Source of the DNA: Patescibacteria group bacterium
GTDB taxonomy: Bacteria; Patescibacteriota; Patescibacteriia; Magasanikbacterales; UBA922
NCBI GenBank assembly: GCA_018823045.1
Contig: JAHJIX010000022.1
Span: forward strand, 1,508-65,507
Direction of reading: 5' to 3'
Length of the DNA: 64,000 nt
Below, in pieces: positions 18,237 through 26,192 of the stretch (position 1 is the first letter of the stretch; each line of letters opens with the position of its first letter). The notes below the pieces were generated by a model. It was not told the origin of the DNA. It ran no database searches and worked only from the letters and a program-made list of their open reading frames with translations. The position numbers and the translations under genes are program-made.

Positions 18237-19016
18237 TTAATGAGTATCCCATTGCTCCATATATTGCTTGAATTTTTTTATACGTATTCCATCATCAGAT
18301 GAAAACAAAAATGGCTTTACCTCTTCATACATTTCATCAAAATTAACTGTTTCACAAAATGAAAGCATTTTTTGTCTTAACTCAACCTCGGTCTTTATTC
18401 CTATTTTTTTCTCTATATATGCCATATTTGGTGTTGTTTTTGCCATTAAATATGTAATATCAAAAAAATCACGCCCTTTTGATCGTTTTCTCCCAAGTAC
18501 TGCTAAGAATTTTTGACTCAAAAGTACATCAATAGGATTTGATTTTACTTCAAAAAATAAACCAAAATTATCCAAAAGAGTTACTTGTGGAATAATATCA
18601 ACATCTTGTTTTACGGTATCAAGACGTACCAAAATCTTTTCATCTTTATTTGGAGATAAATCATTAGTATATAAAATATCTGAAAATTTAAAATAACAAT
18701 GATAAGCTCCTTTATAGACATTTCGAAACTCTACAGAAAAACCAAGTAATGTCATATCTTTTTGAATATAATCAATCAAGACTTCAAAGTCTTTTTCTTC
18801 TAATCCAAAATTATCAAAATCAAGATCTTCAGAAAATCTCGGAATTTTATGTACAATACGAAGACAAGTTCCACCAATAAAATGAAGCTTATCTGTATGC
18901 TTAAAAACAGACTTAAGAATCTCATGTTGCAGATATTCTACATAGAGTCCCTTTTTATTGCTGATTGGATAATTGTTATTTTTTGCGTAACTCAGTACAC
19001 TTTGTAAATCCTCCAT
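18237..19016 (-). CDS. AbiEii/AbiGii-family nucleotidyltransferase toxin (type IV toxin-antitoxin / abortive-infection, DUF1814)
   Basis: 259 aa. The DUF1814 hallmark is HFIGGTCLRIVHKIPRFSEDLDFD (GGTxL...R.SeDlDf). A 1-bp gap separates it from the upstream AbiEi-like gene, matching the canonical AbiEi-AbiEii pair. Confidence 0.72.
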   Translation of the reverse strand: MEDLQSVLSYAKNNNYPISNKKGLYVEYLQHEILKSVFKHTDKLHFIGGTCLRIVHKIPRFSEDLDFDNFGLEEKDFEVLIDYIQKDMTLLGFSVEFRNVYKGAYHCYFKFSDILYTNDLSPNKDEKILVRLDTVKQDVDIIPQVTLLDNFGLFFEVKSNPIDVLLSQKFLAVLGRKRSKGRDFFDITYLMAKTTPNMAYIEKKIGIKTEVELRQKMLSFCETVNFDEMYEEVKPFLFSSDDGIRIKKFKQYMEQWDTH

Positions 19017-19017
19017 A

Positions 19018-19632
19018 TTATATTTTCTTTAACAAATACGCTATTTTTTTATCCAAGCTAGTATTACCTAACAAACTTGCATAGAGCAGTAACTTCTTCT
19101 TATCAATTTTGATATTCATTTCTTCATAATTAAATCGCAATTCCTCCATTTCATCATCTTTATATTCTTTTGCTTTGAGATATAAAAAATCTACAATTGC
19201 TTTTTCTGGTTCGGCAAACAAAACAGTATAGTCTCCATAAGAAAGTGGTTTATACCCAATAAAAGCACTTTCTTTTATATTATGATACAAAAAATCTGTC
19301 TGAAGAATATGGAATGATGTTGTTTTTTTACTTGAAACACTCGTAACAGCATGAGGAATATCTGGAATAAAATTATATTCATACAGTGCTGACTCTAAAC
19401 TGACATAAGAAGGATCATAGACAATATTTGCTATAAAAAAATGGGGTATGTCTTCTATATATTCAGACATAGCATATACTCCTCGACGTAATTTTGTGAT
19501 ATATCCTTGTTTTTGCCAACGACTTAATTGTACAGAAGAAATAGCATCGCTCCCAAAGATTAATGTAATATCTTGAAGAGTAAATACTTTTCTTATCTTT
19601 TTTAGTGTTGTCAAAAATTCTTGAACATTCAT
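19018..19632 (-). CDS. AbiEi-family antitoxin / transcriptional regulator (type IV TA system)
   Basis: 204 aa. N-terminal winged-HTH-like region with the AbiEi signature FTLQDITLIFGSDAISSVQLSRWQKQGYITKLRRGVYAM (G-l-rl-RGvY). Sits immediately upstream of the AbiEii-like gene. Confidence 0.68.
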   Translation of the reverse strand: MNVQEFLTTLKKIRKVFTLQDITLIFGSDAISSVQLSRWQKQGYITKLRRGVYAMSEYIEDIPHFFIANIVYDPSYVSLESALYEYNFIPDIPHAVTSVSSKKTTSFHILQTDFLYHNIKESAFIGYKPLSYGDYTVLFAEPEKAIVDFLYLKAKEYKDDEMEELRFNYEEMNIKIDKKKLLLYASLLGNTSLDKKIAYLLKKI

Positions 19633-19779
19633 AATACAATGTTATTTCTTTAAATTAACATTTTTGTATATTATTAGAAACATATTTAGTATACTCCCTT
19701 TTTTTATATATGACTAGTTCTTCTTCTGTGGATAAAGAACAAAAGACTCTTTTATCTCTTATTTTAGGCACAAATCCAC

Positions 19780-19808
19780 TTGACAAATTCATACCATCAT
19801 GCTATTAA
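19780..19808 (+). promoter_or_regulatory. Sigma70-like promoter TTGACA-17-TATTAA upstream of the TPR-protein gene
   Basis: TTGACA at 19780-19785, a 17-nt spacer, then TATTAA. An AAGGAG RBS lies 5 nt before the GTG start at 19843. Confidence 0.3.
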
Positions 19809-19842
19809 TTAAGTACTCACACCCAACAAACAAGGAGAACAA

Positions 19843-21036
19843 GTGAGATTGTTCGTTACAATGATATTGACGTGGTTAAGTATTGGAATAGTTCCAATAC
19901 AAGCCCAAACTTCCCAACCACAAAAACAGGAGACTACCCTTACAGAAGACAAAAAGGAAGAACAAGAATACCGCAAAGCAGCAGCAGCCTTCAAAAATAA
20001 AAAATTCAAAGAAGCTGCGATACTGTTTGAGGCTTTTTATGATAAGTATAAAAAACCGATAGGACTCTATAACTTAGCTCGTTCTCTTCAGGAACTAGGA
20101 CGTCCATGGGAATATGCGGAGATATTAAAAGAATATCTCAACATAAGCCCACAAGAAAGGGAGTCTGAAATAAAAGCATGGATTAAGTCGGCGTTAAGAA
20201 CCATCGATGAGAGAAGACAAGCTCAACAGTTGATGGAAAAAAATGACTATGTAAACGCAATTACTCTATTAAAAAAAGTAATTGATACTCAAGATGGAAG
20301 ATCCGATACCCTATCATATGTACTGATCGCTGAATGTTTCTTAAAGACACATCATATAGAAAAAGCGATGTTTTTTGCAAAAAAAGCTTCTGAATTAGCA
20401 CTTTTGCAAAAACATACCATTAAGACAACCTTATTACTGCGCAGAATCAACAATTCATATGGTCAAGTCACTTTTTTAGGGAACACCCGAAAGATAGCAC
20501 TGAATTATCCTTCTGGATTAAATTCAGCAGAGCTAGAACTCATCGCTAACATAAAAAGGGACCTTTCTCACCAAATAGCACAAACTGTTTGGATGCCTGT
20601 TGGACATTACAAAATAAACGGCGTACGTTTTAGCGTACGGGGCAATGCACAGACTACTATCACCGTCCCATCATTTTATCAAGGATCTATCACCGAAACA
20701 GATATTACTTGGTACAAAAACAGACAAACCATCGGTTGGAGTCTCATCGGTGCAGGTCTTATTGCTACAGGATTGGGTACTTGGTACCACATGCAAGCAA
20801 GAGAACGATACGATGAGACAATCAAACGATGGGATAACTATGACCCAACATGGGAAACAACGGCAGAACAAACGAGCACAGCTCAAGCATGGGCTGTAGG
20901 GTTCTGGATAGCGGGAGGATTCTTAGGTGCAGGAGGGGCAACAACACTCCTGATGCCTGATGAAAATAAGCACTTTTTCTCCCGTAACGTTCCTCAACAC
21001 CCCACCCTACCACTATCAATATCATTAGAATTCTAA
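19843..21036 (+). CDS. Secreted TPR-like repeat protein with two C-terminal transmembrane helices
   Basis: 397 aa. GTG start with a strong RBS (ATG alternative at 19861). Signal-peptide-like N-terminus MILTWLSIGIVPIQAQ. TPR-like helical repeats (AAAAFKNKKFKEAAILFEAFYDKY...; NDYVNAITLLKKVIDTQ...). C-terminal hydrophobic helices IGWSLIGAGLIATGLGTWY and AWAVGFWIAGGFLGAGGATTLLM. Confidence 0.55.
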   Translation: MRLFVTMILTWLSIGIVPIQAQTSQPQKQETTLTEDKKEEQEYRKAAAAFKNKKFKEAAILFEAFYDKYKKPIGLYNLARSLQELGRPWEYAEILKEYLNISPQERESEIKAWIKSALRTIDERRQAQQLMEKNDYVNAITLLKKVIDTQDGRSDTLSYVLIAECFLKTHHIEKAMFFAKKASELALLQKHTIKTTLLLRRINNSYGQVTFLGNTRKIALNYPSGLNSAELELIANIKRDLSHQIAQTVWMPVGHYKINGVRFSVRGNAQTTITVPSFYQGSITETDITWYKNRQTIGWSLIGAGLIATGLGTWYHMQARERYDETIKRWDNYDPTWETTAEQTSTAQAWAVGFWIAGGFLGAGGATTLLMPDENKHFFSRNVPQHPTLPLSISLEF

Positions 21037-21227
21037 CACCGCTTAGGGAACACGACACAAGATCGTCACTTCCCTAAGCACAATCCCCAATAATATAATG
21101 TGTCTATATGAACAACTCATATAAATACACTATCTTAATTGGATATAAGATACTTTATTGTTCTTTTTACAATACAAACTCCAAACAAAAACCAACAACA
21201 TCCGCAACATGCGGAGAAAGGTAGATC

Positions 21228-23096
21228 ATGAGATACATCATCTCAATCCTGTTCTCCTTGAGTATCTTCGGATGCTTGGGAGAGCTTCCTGAGGGGATGA
21301 GACAAGCCCCCATTGATACGCAACCTCAACCAACGGATACAAATCCTCAGCAAAAAGAAGTAACTGTCTCTGATGCGGGTCGAAATGATCAAGGAGAAAT
21401 CCGGGATCAATTCATTTCTATCGATAGCGCTACTGATGCAAGTATCCCTGATGATATAATCGTCATTGTGGATGCACAAATCCAGGATTTTGAAATAGCT
21501 GACGTAGAGGAACTCGATACCTCTTCCGAAGATATTTTAATTGTCGACTCAGAAACTACTTCTGACATGCCACAAGAAGATATCACCCCCATGGATGTTA
21601 CAGTTGAGGATGCATCAATTGTAGATGTGATTCCTCCTGTTGATTCAGAGGATATAGATATCATCATCGTTGATGCCGAAATTGAACATGATATGCCTAT
21701 TGAGGACGTATATGTGGAGACTGATCAATGTATCCTCAATGCTTGTAGATACTGTGGTCCTCTTCCTGAGGATGACTGTAACAACATAGACGATGATTGC
21801 GATGGTGAAACAGATGAGGACTACCAATCAGAGCCGTGTCAAAATGGCTGTGAGGATGGAAATACAGTCTGCACCAATGGTGTAGAAATCTGTAACTGTC
21901 CTCCCCCACCCCGAGATACTGATGCTGATGGTATCCCAGATGACATCGATAATTGCATCGCCATTGCCAATGGTGGACAAGAGGATGTTGATGAAGATGG
22001 TGTGGGTGATGTCTGTGACAATTGCCCGGAAATTTCAAACCCAGAGCAAGGAGATGTTGATGGTGACGAGGTCGGAGATCTTTGTGATAATTGTGTAGAT
22101 ACCCCAAACCCCGATCAGCTGGATACTGATTTGGATGGATTTGCTGATGCTTGTGATAATTGTCCAGAGGTGGCAAATGTCTATCAAGTAGATAGTAACG
22201 CCGACGGTGTCGGCAATGCTTGCAACCCTTGTGAAGAAGCAAGTATTTGTTATCTTTTCGATAACGAAGATTTTCTCCCTAATGGAGACATACTAAACCG
22301 AGGCACAGGAGGTGCCCCGTATGACCTCACTCATGGGACAGGAGCTGGGACTTCTAGTCTTGATAGATTAGGAGAACAAAATGCAATTCATTTTGATGGA
22401 ACGGGATATAAATCAAGAATTGCAACTGATTCAATAACATTTGGTCAAAATTTTGCTATCTCTTATTGGTTTTTGATAGAGGAACCCCCTGAATGGTACA
22501 AAATGCCATTTGCAATCCATTCTGGAGGTAATGGAATAAATAGTGGATCTAAAGGTTTACTCTTTGAATTTACTCGTAGTCAAGATACGGTTACTCTTTC
22601 ACCATTATTGCCAACTTCAGATGGTGAAAGAGATCCTCTGCACTCAGAAGTAAATATACAACGCTTACTTCCAGGTACCTGGTACCATGTCATATATAAT
22701 CGAGATGGAAATAGGCATGCACTGTATGTCAACGGACAACTTGCTGCTGATACCATTCTTGATGCCGATAACCTCAGAAACACTTTTACTACCGATCCAG
22801 GTTTTATTCACATAGGTACAGGCAACTACTGGAATGGAAATCTAAGTGGGAATGGGCGAGATCAAGCAAATTGGTATGGTAAACTCGACGATATTATTCT
22901 CTTTGGACAGAAAACCTTATCACAACAAGAAATCCAAGATTTATACAGTCATGGATTTATCGATCGAGATAATGATGGATCAATATCATTTACTGATTGC
23001 AATGATACTGATCCATCACCAAACCCAGAAGAAGTCTGTGATGATCTTATCGACAATGACTGTGATGGTCTTGTCGACGAAGATGGATGCACCTAA
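21228..23096 (+). CDS. Predicted surface lipoprotein with acidic tandem repeats, thrombospondin-type-3-like Ca-binding repeats, DDCDG cysteine motifs and a C-terminal LamG/ConA-like lectin domain
   Basis: 622 aa. Lipobox-type signal MRYIISILFSLSIFGC. Four or more acidic repeats of the form D(I/L)I(V/I)VD...E.D. Five aspartate-rich repeats DTDADGIPDDIDNC / DVDEDGVGDVCDNCP / DVDGDEVGDLCDNC / DTDLDGFADACDNCP / DSNADGVGNACNPC, resembling TSP type 3 repeats. DDDCDGETDED and DNDCDGLVDEDGC flank the repeat region. A C-terminal ~250-aa beta-rich region has a LamG/pentraxin-like character. Confidence 0.65.
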   Translation: MRYIISILFSLSIFGCLGELPEGMRQAPIDTQPQPTDTNPQQKEVTVSDAGRNDQGEIRDQFISIDSATDASIPDDIIVIVDAQIQDFEIADVEELDTSSEDILIVDSETTSDMPQEDITPMDVTVEDASIVDVIPPVDSEDIDIIIVDAEIEHDMPIEDVYVETDQCILNACRYCGPLPEDDCNNIDDDCDGETDEDYQSEPCQNGCEDGNTVCTNGVEICNCPPPPRDTDADGIPDDIDNCIAIANGGQEDVDEDGVGDVCDNCPEISNPEQGDVDGDEVGDLCDNCVDTPNPDQLDTDLDGFADACDNCPEVANVYQVDSNADGVGNACNPCEEASICYLFDNEDFLPNGDILNRGTGGAPYDLTHGTGAGTSSLDRLGEQNAIHFDGTGYKSRIATDSITFGQNFAISYWFLIEEPPEWYKMPFAIHSGGNGINSGSKGLLFEFTRSQDTVTLSPLLPTSDGERDPLHSEVNIQRLLPGTWYHVIYNRDGNRHALYVNGQLAADTILDADNLRNTFTTDPGFIHIGTGNYWNGNLSGNGRDQANWYGKLDDIILFGQKTLSQQEIQDLYSHGFIDRDNDGSISFTDCNDTDPSPNPEEVCDDLIDNDCDGLVDEDGCT

Positions 23097-23136
23097 CACA
23101 TAACACCACCAACGCGCAGGAAGAGCGTTGGATACC

Positions 23137-23163
23137 AAAGCCTGTGAAATTATCACAGGCTTT
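23137..23163. terminator. Bidirectional terminator hairpin between the lipoprotein gene (+) and the methyltransferase gene (-)
   Basis: AAAGCCTGTGA-aatta-TCACAGGCTTT (11-bp stem) followed by a T-rich tract. A second small hairpin CCAACGC...GCGTTGG lies just upstream. Confidence 0.5.
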
Positions 23164-23168
23164 ATAAT

Positions 23169-23888
23169 TTATTTTTGAATATATGCACTGTAAATATTTG
23201 ACTCTATTAATGGAAGTTGAGAAATATCAAATAATTTTTTTTTTATAATGTTTTTTCTTTTTTTACATAATATAAATACATATTTTTCTTTATGAATATA
23301 TGAAGCTGTAAAATATTCAAAAACACTCAACACACCAGCAAGCAAACGAAAAGGGAAACTCGTCGCAAAAACACGATATCTTGTTGAACCAGTATCTCCC
23401 ATAATTTTTTCATAAATTCTACTCAAACGATTTCTATAATAAAATATGTCTACTAATTCAAAATATGTATGAAATATTTTTTTATAAATATCAAAGTCTG
23501 CATCCATTACCATTTCACAAAAGAATTGGCCCTCTGGTGCTGTGATACGACACAATTGTTTTACTGCTTTTTTACGAGCTTTTGAAGGGAGACAATATAG
23601 AGTGTTTGTAGAAACAACAACATCAACACTCGCAGAAGGTAATATAGCTAAATAAGACAAATCTGCCCAAAGATAAAAAATATTTTTATCATCTTTTGTT
23701 TTTTGTGCAACTTGTTTTAATTTTGATAATTCTATATCTATTCCACAATATATATCTGTCTTAAATAAACGTCTATTTTTATCTCCAGAAGAACCTGCAT
23801 CAAGCGCAATACCACTTGTTATTTTTGATAGACGATGCTCCAAGAGATTAAACACAAAATTCTTTGATGGACGAGCAGTAAAAATCAT
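23169..23888 (-). CDS. Class I SAM-dependent methyltransferase
   Basis: 239 aa. SAM-binding-like motif IALDAGSSGD. It is the first gene (3' end) of the large co-directional glycan locus. Confidence 0.55.
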   Translation of the reverse strand: MIFTARPSKNFVFNLLEHRLSKITSGIALDAGSSGDKNRRLFKTDIYCGIDIELSKLKQVAQKTKDDKNIFYLWADLSYLAILPSASVDVVVSTNTLYCLPSKARKKAVKQLCRITAPEGQFFCEMVMDADFDIYKKIFHTYFELVDIFYYRNRLSRIYEKIMGDTGSTRYRVFATSFPFRLLAGVLSVFEYFTASYIHKEKYVFILCKKRKNIIKKKLFDISQLPLIESNIYSAYIQK

Positions 23889-23899
23889 ATATATAATAT

Positions 23900-24985
23900 T
23901 TATAGTACTTTTTCTAATTTTTCTATTATCATCTTTGCACTCTTTCCATCTCCAAATGGATTACTCCATTCGATTTTTTTCTGCCCCTCCGTTATATCAA
24001 TAACTGCCTGTACGATACTTTTTGGATAAACTCCTGCAATAATATTCATATTTCCTTTTAATGTCTCTGGTCTTTCGGTATTATTACGAATCGTCACACA
24101 AGGAACTTGTAAAATACAGGCCTCCTCTTGTATTCCACCAGAATCAGTTAATACCGCTCTTGCATTCATCTCTAAACATAAAAAATCCAAATACCCTAGC
24201 GGTTCTAACTCAATTATTCCTTCAGGTAATGATAAACCAAATAATTTTAACTTATTTTTTGTATGTGGATGCATTGGTATAATAATAGGTAAACCAGTCT
24301 GCTTTTGAACCAAAGACAATCCATTGACAATACCTTCTAAACGCTCTTCATCCATAATATTTTCTGAACGATGTACAGTACATAGTATATATTCTTTAGG
24401 TTTTATCCCTAGTTGATCTAATATTTGACTCTTTTTTAGTGCTAAACCTTTATGTTGCTCTACAGCATCAACAATGGTATTCCCAGAACAAAATGTTTTT
24501 TTATTATCAATCCCCTCGATATTGAGTTGCTTCGTTGCATTATTGGTTGGAGTAAATAATACATCTGATATATGATCAGTTAATATTCTATTTTTTTCTT
24601 CTGGCATAGATAAATCACCACTCCGTAATCCTGCTTCATGATGTACGAGTGTAACTCCTAATTTATTTGCTACTAAACTTGCCGCCAATACGGAATTTGT
24701 ATCTCCTTGTACAATAATTGCTTGAGGTAATTCATCTTTAAAAATACGAGTCATCCCAGCAATCATTTTACCCATTTGTTCAGCATATGATAATCCACCC
24801 ACTTCAAGATTATACTTAGGCAATGGAAGTTCTAATTCATCAAAAAAAGTTTTATCCATCTCATAATCATAATGCTGCCCTGTATGTAAAATAAAATATG
24901 ATTTATTTTCTTGTTCACAGAAACGAATAATTGGTGCCATTTTAATGATCTCTGGACGAGTTCCTACAATAATTGCAATATTCAT
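23900..24985 (-). CDS. wecB: UDP-N-acetylglucosamine 2-epimerase (non-hydrolysing, WecB/MnaA family)
   Basis: 361 aa. The N-terminus MNIAIIVGTRPEIIKMAPIIR...HTGQHYDYEM is the WecB signature, and the C-terminal LTDSGGIQEEA motif is present. Confidence 0.85.
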   Translation of the reverse strand: MNIAIIVGTRPEIIKMAPIIRFCEQENKSYFILHTGQHYDYEMDKTFFDELELPLPKYNLEVGGLSYAEQMGKMIAGMTRIFKDELPQAIIVQGDTNSVLAASLVANKLGVTLVHHEAGLRSGDLSMPEEKNRILTDHISDVLFTPTNNATKQLNIEGIDNKKTFCSGNTIVDAVEQHKGLALKKSQILDQLGIKPKEYILCTVHRSENIMDEERLEGIVNGLSLVQKQTGLPIIIPMHPHTKNKLKLFGLSLPEGIIELEPLGYLDFLCLEMNARAVLTDSGGIQEEACILQVPCVTIRNNTERPETLKGNMNIIAGVYPKSIVQAVIDITEGQKKIEWSNPFGDGKSAKMIIEKLEKVL

Positions 24986-24990
24986 ATAAA

Positions 24991-26190
24991 TTAATTATTC
25001 TCCAAATGTAATATATCTGAAAACTCTTTAAATAATTGTTCTGTTGTAGAATGCACTGCGTACCTATGACGTACAGCTTCTTTAACAACAATCTGTTGGT
25101 CTATGCATTGTACACGATTTTTCAAATAAGACACTAATTGATTAAGCTGGTTATAATCAAAAGAACTGTAGCCTAATTCTTGCACACAATTTGCTGTAGG
25201 ACTATCATTAGGAGTGATAGCAATAATTTCTTTTTTGCTTCCAATATAATCAATTAATTTAGAAGGTAAAAAAGGACTGTGTTTAAAAGGAGCATCGATA
25301 ACCACAAGCATATCTGAATCACTCATATATCTTAAACTTTCTTTATAAGACACAGATGGTAATATATTTATATTATCCCGTAAATCAAAATTATCAATTA
25401 ATTGTTCTAACTGTTTTAAAGAAAAATTTGTATATTTACTTGACCCACCTACAAAATCAACACGAACTAATTTTTTCACCTCAGGTAGACTCTTAAATAA
25501 TTCACTTAAAGCTTCTAAAAAAAATTTAGGATTACGTTGCTTATAAAAGGCACCAATATGACTAAATATTATTTTTTTACATTTATTATTTTTTTTAGAA
25601 GAAATATATAATGCATCATCATAACAATGAGGAATAACTTTTGATTTTTCTTGTAATTCTACAGAATATTTTTTCATCACGAGATCTTTTGCTGTATTAT
25701 TTGTAAATAATACACGATCACTTTGTGAGATAACAAACTGTTCTTTTTTTAATATATCTTTATTTTTAAAACTACACGTTCTTTTATATGGATTATCATA
25801 CCAAGGATCACTAAAATACGAGACAAATGGCACGCCTGTTTGTTCCTTAAGCATAGCTCCTATAACATTACTTTCTTGAGGATTTGCAAATGAAAAAATA
25901 AGAGAAATATTATGCTCTTTAATAAGTGGCTTAATTTGATTTACTATGTTCTCATAATATTTTTTACGTAATATTTTTTGAATATATGGTATTCTCTTTA
26001 ACATTTTTGGTACATAAAAAACAGGTATTTTGTATGTAGGGGCATCAATATCCCAATCACCACAAATATCATAAGTCACTAGTACAGGAGTATTCCCCTG
26101 ACGAATCCATTCTGGAATCATTTTTCCGATTAAAATAGACTGAGGCCTCACTACAGGTGGTGTCCAAAAACTAAGACATAATAAATTCAT
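24991..26190 (-). CDS. Putative GT-B-fold glycosyltransferase (GT4-like C-terminal domain)
   Basis: 399 aa. The C-terminal region SDMLVVIDAPFKHSPFLPSKLIDYIGSKKEII resembles the GT4 donor-binding E-x7-E region. The N-terminal half is not diagnostic. Confidence 0.4.
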   Translation of the reverse strand: MNLLCLSFWTPPVVRPQSILIGKMIPEWIRQGNTPVLVTYDICGDWDIDAPTYKIPVFYVPKMLKRIPYIQKILRKKYYENIVNQIKPLIKEHNISLIFSFANPQESNVIGAMLKEQTGVPFVSYFSDPWYDNPYKRTCSFKNKDILKKEQFVISQSDRVLFTNNTAKDLVMKKYSVELQEKSKVIPHCYDDALYISSKKNNKCKKIIFSHIGAFYKQRNPKFFLEALSELFKSLPEVKKLVRVDFVGGSSKYTNFSLKQLEQLIDNFDLRDNINILPSVSYKESLRYMSDSDMLVVIDAPFKHSPFLPSKLIDYIGSKKEIIAITPNDSPTANCVQELGYSSFDYNQLNQLVSYLKNRVQCIDQQIVVKEAVRHRYAVHSTTEQLFKEFSDILHLENN

Positions 26191-26192
26191 AT

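Noticed and set aside
19838-19852. Exact 15-nt match CAAGTGAGATTGTTC also present at 34127-34141
   Set aside because: It is a single short match in AT-biased sequence with no flanking similarity. This is consistent with chance and not with a repeat family or regulatory motif.
21040-21090. Hairpin GCTTAGGGAA...TTCCCTAAGC after the TPR-protein gene as an intrinsic terminator
   Set aside because: The 10-bp stem has a 19-nt loop and no following T-run. It may pause transcription but does not meet the usual rho-independent terminator pattern, so it was not listed as a feature.
21736-22242. 168-aa His-rich ORF on the minus strand
   Set aside because: It lies entirely antisense to the Asp-codon-rich (GAT/GAC) repeat region of the thrombospondin-like lipoprotein gene. 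The His/Arg richness is a direct consequence of reading GAT/GAC repeats in reverse, so it is a spurious ORF.
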